Part shown: positions 14,831-28,700 of the stretch, piece by piece | Position numbering within the stretch: position 1 is the first letter of the stretch | Layout of the letters: every line of letters begins with the position of its first letter | Assembly (NCBI GenBank): GCA_951406725.2 | Contig: OX597822.1 | Location: forward strand, 39,370,001-39,434,000 | Direction: 5' to 3' | Length of the DNA: 64,000 nt | From: Octopus vulgaris | Taxonomy: Eukaryota | The notes under the pieces: generated by a model | What the model was told of the DNA's origin: nothing | The model's input: only the letters and a program-made list of their open reading frames with translations | Databases searched by the model: none | Translations under genes and position numbers: made by a program

Positions 14831-15296
14831 TACACACACACACACTCACACGCACATCCGCACATATCCATAAACATTTATACACTCTCATGCACTGTGT
14901 CTGCAAACATTCGCATATACATATATACATATTTAAATATGTATTTGCGTACTCATACGTATAAGAAAAACATATACATATATATCCACCCATGAATAAT
15001 GACATTTTGTAAATTAATATCAATTAATATAATGTACTCTTGACGCTGTATATCTGCATTTGGGTATTAATACGTGTATGTTTTCTACATTGTAATATCA
15101 CAATATTAAGTTGAAAAACTGTAACATTGAATATGGAACATATGTATGTTTATTGATTTATATTATTTATATTATTATGTATATGTATATGTATAGGAGT
15201 ATGAGTATATGCACTCATATGTATATGTATATGATTTATTATGGGTATGTACCCACACTTATATAAGTGTATATGTAATTTGGTTTGTATTTCATA

Positions 15297-15411
15297 ATCT
15301 CCGAAGAGGCCTTAGGATATTTTTGTAAATGTCTCATTTATAACTACATATTGACCTACCACAAATGGCTAATATAAGTACTTATCTGCATGGCCGAAAC
15401 AGCTGTAAGAT
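15297..15411 (+). ncRNA. Hammerhead motif, U4C core, long stem II loop (degenerate inverted copy 12917-13043)
   Basis: atct-CCGAAGA-GGCC...GGCC-GAAAC-AGCT-GTA-agat. Confidence 0.65.
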
Positions 15412-15834
15412 GTTGTTTATATTTATATTTATATTTATTTATATTTATATTCTCATATACTTATTGTACTTATTGTATCATATTACTCCTTTATGTACAC
15501 TCCTTTAGGTACACTGTTTTGTTCTATATTATTGTTTGACTTTAAAGCTTCTTATGTGGTGGTTTAATAAAGTATATGATTGGGTATTATCTGGTAGTTG
15601 ATATTTGATTTGGATGAATTTCTCCATTTTCTTATTTTGTATTATGAATTTGTGGTAAAACATTTTACCTTTGCCCATATAATACAGTAAATGAATTAAT
15701 TGCATCGCAATTCTTAACATTTATGTAGTAACTTTGTTGGGTACTTCACTAGCAGTATATTGGATATATGTTATCCCATGGATGGTTGCATTTACAACTC
15801 CTATCTCAATTTATATATATATATATACATACAT

Positions 15835-15904
<70 letters not shown>

Positions 15905-15916
15905 GTATAATATATA

Positions 15917-16051
15917 CGGTAGTACCTCGGTTTTCCAACGACTCTGCGAATAAATCGTGCCTTATATATATATTTATATAGATAAATATAGATATAGATA
16001 TATAAAGCTCGATTTATTCGTGATCAGAGGCGTTCGTAAACCGAGGTACTA

Positions 16052-16054
<3 letters not shown>
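15917..16054. mobile_element. Tc1/mariner-type MITE
   Basis: TIRs CGGTAGTACCTCGGTTT / AAACCGAGGTACTACTG with TA both sides. Confidence 0.8.
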
Positions 16055-16085
<31 letters not shown>

Positions 16086-16134
16086 AAAAAAGTCAAGGTA
16101 GAAAATGCTAAAGAAATTTCATAAAAAAACATTT

Positions 16135-16170
16135 CAGTACCGGTTTCTGTCATTGAGACTTTTTCAACTG
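16135..16170 (-). ncRNA. Hammerhead motif, U3-A8 variant
   Basis: rc: cag-TTGAAAA-A-GTC(TCAAT)GAC-A-GAAAC-CG-GTA-ctg. Confidence 0.55.
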
Positions 16171-16454
16171 TAAGTATGGAAAATAATTAAATTTTGTTTA
16201 ATTTTTCGAGCCTTGTGTTTAGAGTAGAAAAGGATATGGTTCTGTTGCAGTTGTGTGACGAAACCTTAGTGGCTGCCATAGAGAGGCCAGGACTAATTTA
16301 TGGTTAATATTCCGAAATTTTTGGACCCGACCATTCATTTATACCTATCACACTTAAAGTCGTAAATATAAATTACATTTAAAAACTGATTATTAAAAAT
16401 AACTGAACATTATTTACATTCGACGGATATTTGTCCTCATCTTGTTTGTTGTTA

Positions 16455-16498
16455 ACACAACGTTTCGGCTGATATAGCTTCCAGCCTTCATCAGGTGT
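16455..16498 (-). ncRNA. Minimal type I hammerhead ribozyme
   Basis: Reverse complement of the 4412 motif. Confidence 0.8.
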
Positions 16499-16608
16499 CT
16501 TGGGGAAATTTCGAACCTGGGTTCTCATTCCTAAGATATTTTTCGATGTTGTTGTTGTTGTTGTTGTTGTTGCTGCTGCTGCTGTTGATGTTGTTGTTGT
16601 TGTTGTTA

Positions 16609-16648
<40 letters not shown>

Positions 16649-16773
16649 GTTTACGTCCCCGTAACCTAGCGGTTCGGCAACAAAGACCGATAAAATAAGT
16701 ACTAGGCTTACAAAGAATAAGTCCTGGGGTCGATTTGCTCGACTAAAAGCGGTACTCCGGCATGGCCTCAGTC

Positions 16774-16823
<50 letters not shown>

Positions 16824-16875
16824 TAATAATAACAATATCGAAAAAATACCTTAGGAATGAGAACCCAGGTTCAAG

Positions 16876-16919
16876 ACACCTGATGAAGGCTGGAGGGTAT
16901 ATCAGCCGAAACGTCGTGT
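16876..16919 (+). ncRNA. Minimal type I hammerhead ribozyme
   Basis: acac-CTGATGA-A-GGCTG...CAGCC-GAAAC-GTC-gtgt; canonical GUC triplet. Confidence 0.85.
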
Positions 16920-17291
16920 TAACAACAAACAAGATGAAGACAAATGTCCGTCAATTGTAAAAAATGTATATAATGTAAACAATGAACATCCTACGTGCCG
17001 GCAAGAAGTACGTTCTTTTTGACGACCTCCTTACTATACAATGCCACAATAGCTGGGCTAAACGTTCAGTATATCAGAAGAGACTAGGCATGGGTTTTCC
17101 CGAAAACTCGAGGGAGACAGTAATACGACATAAAGTGCTGCCTGTCTTAAATTCGCAGCCGCTATATCAAACCATATTTCGAAGACGATACATTTGCCTT
17201 CAAATAGCAAGAGATCGATAGAAAGAACCTAATGAATAACATCTTTGGAAACCGAAATGATCCAAAATGCAATGTAAAACAATACTCTCTC

Positions 17292-17702
17292 TTACTCTTT
17301 TACTCTTTTACTTGTTTCAGTCATTTGACTGCGGCCATGCTGGAGCACCGCCTTTAGTCGAGCAAATCGACCCCGGGACGTATTCTTTGTAAGTCCAGTA
17401 CATATTCTATCGGTCTCTTTTGCCGAACCGCTAAATGACGGGGACGTAAACACATCAGCATCGGTTGTCAAGCAATGCTAGGGGAACAAACACAGACACA
17501 CAAACACACACATACATATATATACATATACATATATACGACAGGCTTCTTTCAGTTTCCGTCTACCAAATCCACTCACAAGGCATTGGTCGGCCCGGGG
17601 CTATAGCAGAAGACACTTGCCCAAGATGCCACGCAGTGGGACTGAACCCTGAATCATGTGGTTGGTTAGCAAGCTACTTACCACACAGCCACTCCTGCGC
17701 CT
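17292..17702 (-). mobile_element. SINE family A, full length
   Basis: Reverse complement of 14383-14830. Confidence 0.9.
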
Positions 17703-17751
17703 ATACAGTCCATCTTCCTTTATTTATTTATTTATTTATTTATTTGTTTGT

Positions 17752-17958
17752 TTGTTTCAGTCATTTGACTGCGGCCATGCTGGAGCACAGCCTTTAGTCG
17801 AGCAAATCGGCACCAAGACTTATTCTTTGTAAGCCTAGTACTTATTCTGTCGTCTCCTTTGCCGGACCGCTAAGTTACGGGGGCGTAACACACAAGCATC
17901 GGTTGTCAAGCGATATTGGGGGGGGGACAAACACAGACATACAAACATATACACACAC

Positions 17959-17960
<2 letters not shown>
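17752..17960 (-). mobile_element. SINE family A, 3' half (5' half at 22930-23090)
   Basis: Similarity to other copies; split at its TA array. Confidence 0.8.
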
Positions 17961-18011
<51 letters not shown>

Positions 18012-18015
<4 letters not shown>

Positions 18016-18626
18016 TTATCCGTTTCTAGGTTTTTCATGTTTCAGATGTTCTTCCTAGAGGTAAGACAAATTTTTTTCATGTTTGTTGTACACACACATC
18101 TTTGCTAGTATATACGCAGTGAAGCTATACAATAGCGTCGTATTTATTACGATCTCTATTTTCCAGTAAATATCAGTACTTCGTTGTACCATTTATTTAC
18201 TTTTATATGTATAATTTTACACTTATGGGCTATCTTTTACTGGAAAGCAATACTTTCGTATTGCATTACTATTTTCATTGAAAATTCTTCACTGTTCTCG
18301 TTCTGTTAACGTTTTAGCGTTCAGACGAGTGTATTGGCATAGATGTGGCAACATTTGAAATTTTGTCTAGGTACATGCAGCTGATGAGAACAAATCAAAT
18401 CTACGTTGTCAAACATATTTGAAGGCGTCTGAAACCGGTCCTGCATTATCCGTTTCTAGGTTTTTCATGTTTCAGATGTTCTTCCTAGAGGTAAGACAAA
18501 TTTTTTTATGTTTGTTGTACACACATCTTTACTAGTATATACGCAGTGAAGCTATACAATAGCGTCGTATTTATTACGATCGCTCTTTTCCAGTAAATAT
18601 CTGTACTTCGTTGTACCATTTATTTA

Positions 18627-18635
<9 letters not shown>
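18012..18635 (+). mobile_element. Retrozyme-like non-coding element (~430-nt unit plus ~195-nt repeat) in (TA)n
   Basis: 18012-18208 repeats at 18442-18635; HHR at the unit junction. Confidence 0.75.
18375..18446 (+). ncRNA. Type I hammerhead ribozyme
   Basis: atgcag-CTGATGA-GA...TC-T-GAAAC-CG-GTC-ctgcat. Confidence 0.8.
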
Positions 18636-18679
<44 letters not shown>

Positions 18680-19511
18680 TAGCAGAATTTCCCGGCGTTG
18701 CTCGGGGCTGAATTGCTTGAAAGTACTGTTAATGATTGCACTGAATTATGATGGTTATTCAGGCAAATGTTGATATAAGTTTACGGCGAATGAATGTATT
18801 TTTAAGTGTATAGAAAGCCGTGTAAAGGGGTTCCTACCCCCCCGTAGAATGGTGTAAGAATTGAATGCGAGGTTGCCTTGAGAAGAGCCATGTTATTGTT
18901 CTCATAATTGTAAGAATTTGATAGTCGTGGAAGGCGATGTAAAACGTTCGCAAGTGAATAGGGTCTCTTCGTTTTCCACGAACGGCAGCGGATGTGCTCT
19001 TTCAAAACTTCATGCTGTGTTAAAAGAGAATGGATGCCCTATGTAGGGAATGAAACACGGGTAAGTAAATATGGGTAATTTATAAAATATAGAACAATAG
19101 CATCTACTCACCATATGTCAGACCGGTAAGACTGTAGTGGTGCTGAATAGATGAATCACAACACAGTGGTGGAGATGTTTTCATTGATGGGCGTTATGAT
19201 TAAATTTGTTGTTGTATAAAATGATCTGTTGCTTGGTTTCCAAAGTGTATGTTGCGATCGTGTTGTCGCTTATGTAAACTTTAACAGTGAGAGTGTAGAT
19301 TTAGGGGGTAGATGTGTCATGTACGTTGGATATAGAAGATGAGGCTGGTGGTTTGATGATGAATGGATAGAAATAGAGGTGAGCGAAGGACAGGTGTTGG
19401 TTAAGTGTGAATTAACGTCATGAAACGCCTAAAAATGTAAATGCCATCATAAAAGAGAGTCGTATGTAAGTGAAATACTAACGTGTTCGAAAATGATGAA
19501 ACGTAGTAATC

Positions 19512-21670
19512 CTATAAAACCTCCTTGTACACAATGTTTTTTGTTTTTCGTTGTAGAACGAATGCGAAAGCATCACTGTTGCTGCCGACACGCGAGCAGC
19601 CAACATAAAGCTGACCATGAGAGAAACATGGCTCTTCCAAATGTATTCCCGCCACAGACAGTGTTTGACCCTGCGCTTTGTTAATTGACATTGCGAAACA
19701 TGGCCTTACTGGGAACTGGGATCTCCGAAATATGAAAGGTAGGTCTGCTCCTGATGGGAAAAGATGCATCCTAGGTATGAGCACAACATTGCCTCGACCG
19801 CACCCTGTGATAATGGTGGCCTCAATCAGATTGGGAGATAAGGACTTAACGATCAAACGTGTGCCATTGCATTGTTTTGGGGGAACCAAATTTCTAATGA
19901 GCATTATAGGGGCACCAACTTTAAGTTTGAGAATGTGTGGTGGTAGTCCGGGGGGGGCTCAAAGGAAATGAGTACCTCTATTGGATAATTGATGACGTCC
20001 TCTGGGTCAGGAGTTGTATCGATAGACTTATATACATAGACATCCCCAGGAATGAATTTTAGCATTTCATCATTAATATGGTGAACAGTTTTATTCCTCG
20101 GGGCCAGAATAGCCCTTTGGCCAATCCAATCCATATTTTGATAATTAGCTTGTATATCTGGGAACACTGCATCTCTGAGATCAGAAGGCGTTTTAACAAT
20201 GGTACAAATGGAATCGATGGCAATATTACCATTTTCATCCCCTGGTATTTTGCCTTCGCCAAGTGCAAGGAGGGTGTGAGAAAATGCTGCTGATGTGATA
20301 TCACGTCGCATATGAGCACGCATATTGGTGTGAAGTTTGAGAGTCTTCACCAGTGGCCACAATGTGGATGACTTAAGACACGCACTTACTGCATCAGCTC
20401 TAGTCCCTTTGGGAATAACGGGAAGTGTTTGTCGGAAGTCCCCTGAAAGAAGAAGTGTTATGCCTCCCATGAGAGCTGAAGAGTGTTTGATGTCTCTGAG
20501 AGATCTATCTAGTACCTCAAGAGCACCTCTGTGGGCCATCGTGCATTCATCCCAAACGATAAGCTTGCATCGTCTGAAGACTTCTGCCTGATCGGAGCTG
20601 TTACTGATGTTGCAAGTTGGTGTCTCAGTCTTCGTTAAGTCAAGCGGGAGCTTGAAAGTGGAGTGAGCTGTCCTGCCGCCTGGCAACAAAGTAGCCGCAA
20701 TTCCAGATGATGCCACAGCTAGGGCAATGCCTTGTGTTCGCCTAATCTCAGCCAATATTAATTTTTTGACAAAAGTTTTCCCAGTGCCCCCAGGAGCGTC
20801 CAGGAAAAAAATCCCCCCAGCTTTGGCCGGGATTGAATTAACAACGGAGTTGTAAGCGAACTTATGTTCTGGAAGGAGCTTTGGCTTATTGTCGGCTATG
20901 TACTCGGCAAGCTTGTCAACATTAAAACATGTCTCACGCAGCAAATGTGAAGACAGAATGTTTGTGTTTTCCCGGTTTGTTGAAGGTAGGCCATAGACCG
21001 GCAAGACACTACCGCCCATATCATGTACAGTATCTTCGATTTCAAGCAGCGCCCTGTTGTAAATGAGGTCAGTGTACCCGACCTACATTGATGGATGTAG
21101 CGATTGAGCGTGACGCAGGAAATCTTCAGACATATAATCTTTGTCGGTAAGCCATAAAGAGGCGGGATAAGCCAAGTCACACCATAGTAGTAGAATAGCG
21201 AAAAGCGATCTGATTTCTTTAGGAGATTTTAACGAAACACCCTCCGCCATAGTGGCGCCCCATTGTGAATTATCCTCCAAAAGTCGACGCCGAAAACAGG
21301 CTTCGCGGAAAGTATCACATAATACACCATCAATAGTTCTGATGTCTTGAAAACTTTGTGGGCCTAAAACCTCATTGAGGAGAAGGTGCAGGTGAAAACA
21401 CTCATGTTGGTTTGGAGGTACAGTGTAGACTCTTCCTAGACAACTGTTAAACTTGACACCAGGATGTCCTTCAACATCCTTCCTACGCACCCAATTGTTG
21501 TTTGACCACACGTAGTAGGACGGGACCTGAGGGTATAAAAGTGTTTTAGCAAATGTGTCAAGTTAGCAAAGCCTAAAGAAACCGGTCAAAGTTATTTGTT
21601 TTGGATTTGCCGTCAATTCAGCTGCAGTCTGTTCAGTAAAGTAAGTTCGCTGGCCATTTTCCAAATGAAA
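19512..21670 (-). pseudogene. Helitron RepHel remnant, PIF1-family helicase
   Basis: [57 protein letters not shown] across frameshifts. Confidence 0.92.
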
Positions 21671-22010
21671 CACATGGCAAGTCACCACACAGTGGGACTG
21701 AACCCAGGACCATGTGTTTGGAACGTAGTTTGTTACCACACAGCCACACCTGCCCCTATGTAAATGTGTGTGTGTGTGTGTATGTGTGTATGGGTAAATA
21801 TATTATGCATGAATATATGTGTATATATATGTGTACATATTACATGTACATCTATATATATACATCTACACATAAAATACAAAATACAAAGTTATATCTT
21901 GATATCGCTAGTGATAACAATACTCAAAATATATAACAGACTGGAATTGTAGGCCCGTCTCTTGCAATTTCGATCAATTGGATCTTGTTCTCCCTCTTGT
22001 ATAGAAGTGT

Positions 22011-22114
22011 ACGGCTGCAGCGAAATTCATTTTTGGACGGCTGCAGCGAAATTCATTTTTGGACGGCTGCAGCGAAATTCATTTTTGGACGGCTGCAGAG
22101 AAATTCATTTTTGG
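22011..22114. repeat. Four 26-bp tandem repeats inside the Helitron
   Basis: ACGGCTGCAGCGAAATTCATTTTTGG x4. Confidence 0.95.
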
Positions 22115-22430
22115 ACTTTCTTCTACCGAAGGCATTTAAACAAAAATGCTTCCGTAAAGACGGTGAAAATATTGTCAATTTCCCCAAACAAGGACACAAT
22201 TCAATTTTTAAACAATAACCAAAGCCCCTTCTCCGAAAGGGGGAGGGTTACGGTTTACAATTATTTAACAAATGCAACACAACAACGTTTCCCTGACGAG
22301 GAACCAACAAAGGTGATTACAATAGTCAAACAGTAACAATAATAACGACAAACCTTTTTAATTTATCCCCATTTATGTGAAACCACTTATTCGAGTTCAA
22401 GTCATTGATGCAATTTTATACGAATTGCTA

Positions 22431-22489
<59 letters not shown>

Positions 22490-22929
22490 ATAAAAGTGAA
22501 AAATTGAATATTAATTTGATTAAAATGAATTGAAAACCAGTGGTGTAGCATATAAGACCATAGCGGATCTTCCTCTAGCAAAAGGTTGACCAGTATTAAT
22601 GGCTCATCCCTGTTATATAAATACTTTCACTTTAAATGTTGCACACTTGCAAAGAGAAAGTAGGAGAAAGTGTGGTGGTAATGGAAGGAGTGAAGCACTT
22701 GAAATGAGAGAGGCAAATCGTAAAATATTGAGTTTTCTCGAATTTTTGCTTAATTGGGAGTGAAATTGAAAAAACTTTACATGCCATGACCCAATCGAAT
22801 CTACTTGGAAAAATCATAGGTAAATTCCAATTGAAGAAATTCTATATTGTAGAATTGTATTAAAAAGAAACATGGGAACAGACAGAGAAAATCTGCCTTT
22901 TATCATAAGAGATATATATACATATTATA

Positions 22930-23090
22930 TACGACGGGCTTCTTTCAGTTTCCGTCTACCAAAGCCACTCAAAAGGCTTTGGTCGGCCCGAGGCTATAGT
23001 AGAAGACACTTGCCCAAGGTGCCACACAGTGGGATTGAACCCGGAACCATGTGGTCGGTAAGCAAGCTACTTACCACACAGCCACACCTG
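22930..23090 (-). mobile_element. SINE family A, 5' half
   Basis: Matches head half of other copies. Confidence 0.85.
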
Positions 23091-23169
23091 GGCCTTTGTG
23101 TATGAGTGAAATACAGACCCCCTGTTGACCATGAACCAGAGCTTACGTGGGCTATTAATAACGGATAAT

Positions 23170-23483
23170 TGGCACTCCGTCGGTTACGATGACGAGGGTT
23201 CCAGTTGATCCGATCAACGGAACAGCCTGTTCATGAAATTAACGTGCAAGTGGTTGAGCACTTCACAGACACGTGTACCCTTAACGTAGTTCTCAGGGAG
23301 ATTTAGCGATACCATAAGGTTGGTCCTTTGAAATACATTTATCATTCATTTTTGCCAGATGAGTGGCCAGAAGGAAGGTGAAATAAAGTGTCTTGTTCAA
23401 GGACACAGCGCGCTACCGTAAATCGAACTCACGACCTTACGATCATGAGCTGAAAACCCTAACCACTAAGCTATGCTGCTTCA
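23170..23483 (-). mobile_element. SINE family B
   Basis: tRNA-like head on minus; body similar to 3495-3660. Confidence 0.75.
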
Positions 23484-23550
23484 TTACGTGGGTTATTAGA
23501 GCCGGAAGCTCGGTTTAGATCCCAATATCAACACAATATAGAAAGCGTGT

Positions 23551-24960
23551 AAGGCGCATGGCTCAGTGGTTAGAGCGTTGGGCTTACAATCATGAGGTAA
23601 TGAGTTCGATTCCTGGACCGGGCTGAGTGTTGTGCTCTTGAGCAAGACACTTTATTTCACATTGCTCTAGTTCACTCAGCTGTGGCAGTGAATTATGATG
23701 TCACTGGTGCCAAGTTGTGTCGGCCTTTACCTTTCCCTTGGATAACATTGGTGCCGTTAAAAGGGGAGGCTGATATGCATGGGCGATTGCTGGTTTTCCA
23801 TAAACAACTTTGTTTGGACGAGGACATTTTTCCCCACGTGAGTTCTGAACCCCAGTAATAAACTCATTTGCATATAGCCAATCAGAGCAGAGCCACATTT
23901 ATCCTTTCTTTCTTTCTAGTCAGCACCGTGCATTCTTTACTCTTTCCCTCTCTAGTGGCAGACAGCAACTTCTCCGTCCTCTAACTATCTGTCGGGCAAA
24001 CAAATAAATATATGTAAATAATGTTTCTTCCTCCTTGGTGTTGATCCTTCACTATTCACTGGTTACTCCGACGTTGGCACAATAAAACACTTGCCCAAAT
24101 TGAATTGCTGGAGTTATTCCATTTTTTCCAGAAAAATGTTTTTAAAAATCATGAAGTATATTTGCCACTTAAACGTGGCTAACCGTTAAGAGTTGATGCT
24201 ACTGTAGCTTGTAGCCCCAAGAAGACATCTCCTCCGGCTGGCTATTGACACACTTACTGTGCCCTATCAGTATTTGCAAAGGGAAGTCAGGCTGGAGATG
24301 GGAAGGCTGACTTTGCAAATACTGATAGAGCACAGTAAGTGTGTCAATAGCCAGCTGGAGAAGGTGTCTTCTTGGGGCTACACGCTACAGTAGCATCAAC
24401 TCTTAAGGGTTAACCACATTTAAGTGGCAAATATACTTCACGATGTCATGCAGCTACTGTTTATACCTCGCTCAGAGATTTATTATTGTTTTAAAAAATG
24501 TTATAGAGGTTTAAAGTCTGATCATTTTCTCCCAGTCAGGAAACAGGATCAAACCTTAAACTGCTATGATTTTTTTAAAACAATGAAAAAAAACAAAAAC
24601 TCCAGCAGTTCAGTTTGGGCAAGTTCGTGCCAACGTCGGAGCAAGCACTGAACATCGAAAGATCAGCACCAAGAAGGTAGAAATATTATTTACATATATT
24701 TATTTATTCGTTTGCTCGTCAAGTAGTTAGAGAACGGAGAAGTTGCTGTCTGCCAGTAGAGAGGGAAAGTATAAGGAATGCACGGTGCTGACTAGAAAGG
24801 AAAAAAGGATACAGGTGGCTCTGCTCTGATTGACTGTATGCAAATGACTTCATTACTGGGGTCCGGAACTCGCGTGGAAAAAAAATTCGCCGCCCAGACT
24901 TGTGCCTCGGAGAGTAAGGTTTTAGATGGAATCCCAAGGTCATTCATGACTGAAGGTTTT
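23551..24960 (+). mobile_element. SINE family B split by a foldback insertion
   Basis: 23551-23819 and 24892-24960 are collinear with the intact copy 49224-49560. Confidence 0.8.
23820..24891. mobile_element. Long-TIR foldback element containing a second ~300-bp palindrome (24148-24444)
   Basis: Arms ~23820-24150 and ~24566-24891 are reverse complements; inner palindrome is better conserved. Confidence 0.8.
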
Positions 24961-25248
24961 TTTTTACCTTTATAGAAAAGCATCGAATGAGTACTCTGTG
25001 ACAACTTCCTCCAGTTAACCAACGTCATGACAGAAAGGCAGCAATAGCAGCAGCAGATGGCCAGACCCTGTCCATGATGCTCAGAGTTGCTCGGCAGCTC
25101 AGATTGGCTCATGCAAGAATGAGTTGTGTGCTTCCTGTGACTGTTGATGAAAACAGAGCATTGTGAATGGCACGGATGGTTTGAAACATCCGTCAATAAT
25201 TGAAACGTCTGCCATCATCCTTGACATTGGTTCTAGCAGTAGTCGATA

Positions 25249-25262
25249 GATGACGATGATGA

Positions 25263-25297
<35 letters not shown>

Positions 25298-25421
25298 ATG
25301 ATGATGATGATGATGATAACAGCGATGATGAGGGTGAAAGTGATGGTGATGGTGATTATGATGGTAATGATGATGATAGTGATGATGATGAGGATAATAA
25401 CAGAGATGCCAACGGTGATGG

Positions 25422-25464
<43 letters not shown>

Positions 25465-25466
25465 AG

Positions 25467-25513
<47 letters not shown>

Positions 25514-25633
25514 GTGACGGGGTTGGCGATGGTAATGATAGTGCTGATGATGGTAATGACGATGGCAGTGATGATAGCAGTGATGACGACGGTGGTGATG
25601 GGGATGCTGCTGCTGCTGCTGCTGCTGATGGTA

Positions 25634-25667
<34 letters not shown>

Positions 25668-25700
25668 GGATGGTGATGAACGGTGATGCTGCTTACGATG
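25249..25700. repeat. (GAT)n microsatellite
   Basis: Directly visible. Confidence 0.95.
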
Positions 25701-26117
25701 ATGGTAATGCCGACAAGGCTATGAGGGAGATGTTTGTAAATAATAAGTGTATGATTAATGGATATAAGCGGTAAAACCTTGCTGTCTAAACAGACCCCTG
25801 CTGTTAAACCACGGGGTTTTTCTCACTGCAGAAAAACGCGTAGAACAACTTGGCTAGTTTCACCTATCTTTACAAGCTCCTCATGGATGTTTACTTCGGC
25901 TGTTCAAGAAAGAAAGAGTGAGAGAGGGGATAGAGAGGATAGAGGGTGAGAGGGAGGAAAGAGAGGGTAGAGACAGAGGAGAGAGAAAGGGAGAGAGGAG
26001 AAAAGAGAGAGAGAGAGAGAGAGAATTCTGTCGTTTAAGCACGTGGTCCGCTTACACGGCAAGGTTAAACGTATGGAGATTAAACGTTGGCATGCAAACT
26101 TATTTACAACTATCTGC

Positions 26118-27000
<883 letters not shown>

Positions 27001-27190
27001 CATGTAGCTCTATGCCAAACTGATTTATAAACTTGATAAACATGATACATATATAGATTGAGAAGATAGAAATGAAAAAACAAACAACAAAAACATTATA
27101 CACACACATTGCCACAGGCAGACAACTCTAGCAAACCAATAAATAAGCACACACCTGCTCGCATACACATACCATAGTACACACACTCAT

Positions 27191-27223
<33 letters not shown>

Positions 27224-27329
27224 CACGATCTATTGTCTAGCTTATTACGTCACGATATCCGCTGCAGACATGCTATTTTGTTCAACTGCAGCTTTGTGCA
27301 CATAAGAGTACATATAGGTGTATATACAC

Positions 27330-27332
27330 AAG

Positions 27333-27368
<36 letters not shown>

Positions 27369-27759
27369 TATACATGCACGTTGCAAACATGCATGCTTGT
27401 TCATGATCATGCTGGCGCCCCCCCCACTCTCAAACGCACACACTCGTGTGTGCATGTGTGTATGTGTATGCGTGTGTGTATAAATATATATATATATATG
27501 TATATATAAACATGTCTTTACATGGGAGCCTGTATATATATGCATGGATGTTTGTACATGTGAGTATGTGTATGCATATGTGTATAAATATATATGAATA
27601 TGTATATATATATATATATATATGCATATGAATGAATATATAAACATGTCTTTACATGGGAGTCTGTATATATATCTATGCATTGATGTTTGTACATATG
27701 TGTGTGTGCCTGTATATCTACATAAATGCATACATATATATAATTATACATACATACAT

Positions 27760-27824
<65 letters not shown>

Positions 27825-27860
27825 AGCGTATATCTTCAAGCATATCTGAAAATATGTATG

Positions 27861-27906
<46 letters not shown>

Positions 27907-28207
27907 CACACATATACGCACAAGCATATATGCACACATACAAACATATATATATATACACACAGACACAGACAAGACACAAACATACACCCATACACAC
28001 ACGTGTGTGTGTGTGTGCATGCATTCTAAATATATTGTTTTCATATGCCCGCATATATGTTTGTTTCTATATACAACCAGACGTTCCTGCTCATATTCAT
28101 GGCTCGCTTCGCACGTAGAGAACGAATTTCAAATCACACACATATTTGCATATTTACATTAATCGTTATGCATGCAACATCATGCACACACATGCACAGA
28201 TATAGGG

Positions 28208-28249
<42 letters not shown>

Positions 28250-28669
28250 AAGATAGGACACATACACACACATATACACACATAATACATACATACATGC
28301 GTACATACATACACATACAAAGACATATATATACACATGGGTAGGACCGATAACATTTGCATATACACCTGCATTCAAAGACACATGCATACATAAAGGT
28401 ATATATGCATACGAACATACATAAATATGCATACGTACGTACGCACACACACACATACATGTATATATATATATACAGCCATTTATGTCTGTATGTGTAA
28501 ATATTAATGAACATATTGGATATATACATATTTACATATACGTATATACACACGTATATCAACATGTGTGTACGTACATATATGAATGTTTGTATGTACG
28601 TGTGTATGCATCCGTACATGTATGTATGCATGTTTATATATCTCTCTCTATCTCCTCTCTCTCTCTTTC

Positions 28670-28700
<31 letters not shown>

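Larger units (their letters stand above)
12698..15810. mobile_element. Non-coding PLE-like element with ~650-bp inverted duplication
   Basis: 12698-13361 is the reverse complement of 14997-15642; ~317-nt direct repeat from 14018; HHR in each arm. Confidence 0.7.
18679..22912 (-). mobile_element. Helitron, internally deleted
   Basis: 5' TC at 22912; 3' hairpin CCCGAGCAACGCCGGG then CTAG at 18679; A|T target; RepHel remnants. Confidence 0.9.

Noticed and set aside
22011-22114. CRISPR-like regular repeats
   Set aside because: Head-to-tail with no spacers; Helitron minisatellite in eukaryotic DNA
25138-25197. TTGATGA-AAAC...GTTT-GAAAC-ATCC-GTC HHR-like motif
   Set aside because: Uncompensated U3-G8 and no convincing stem I
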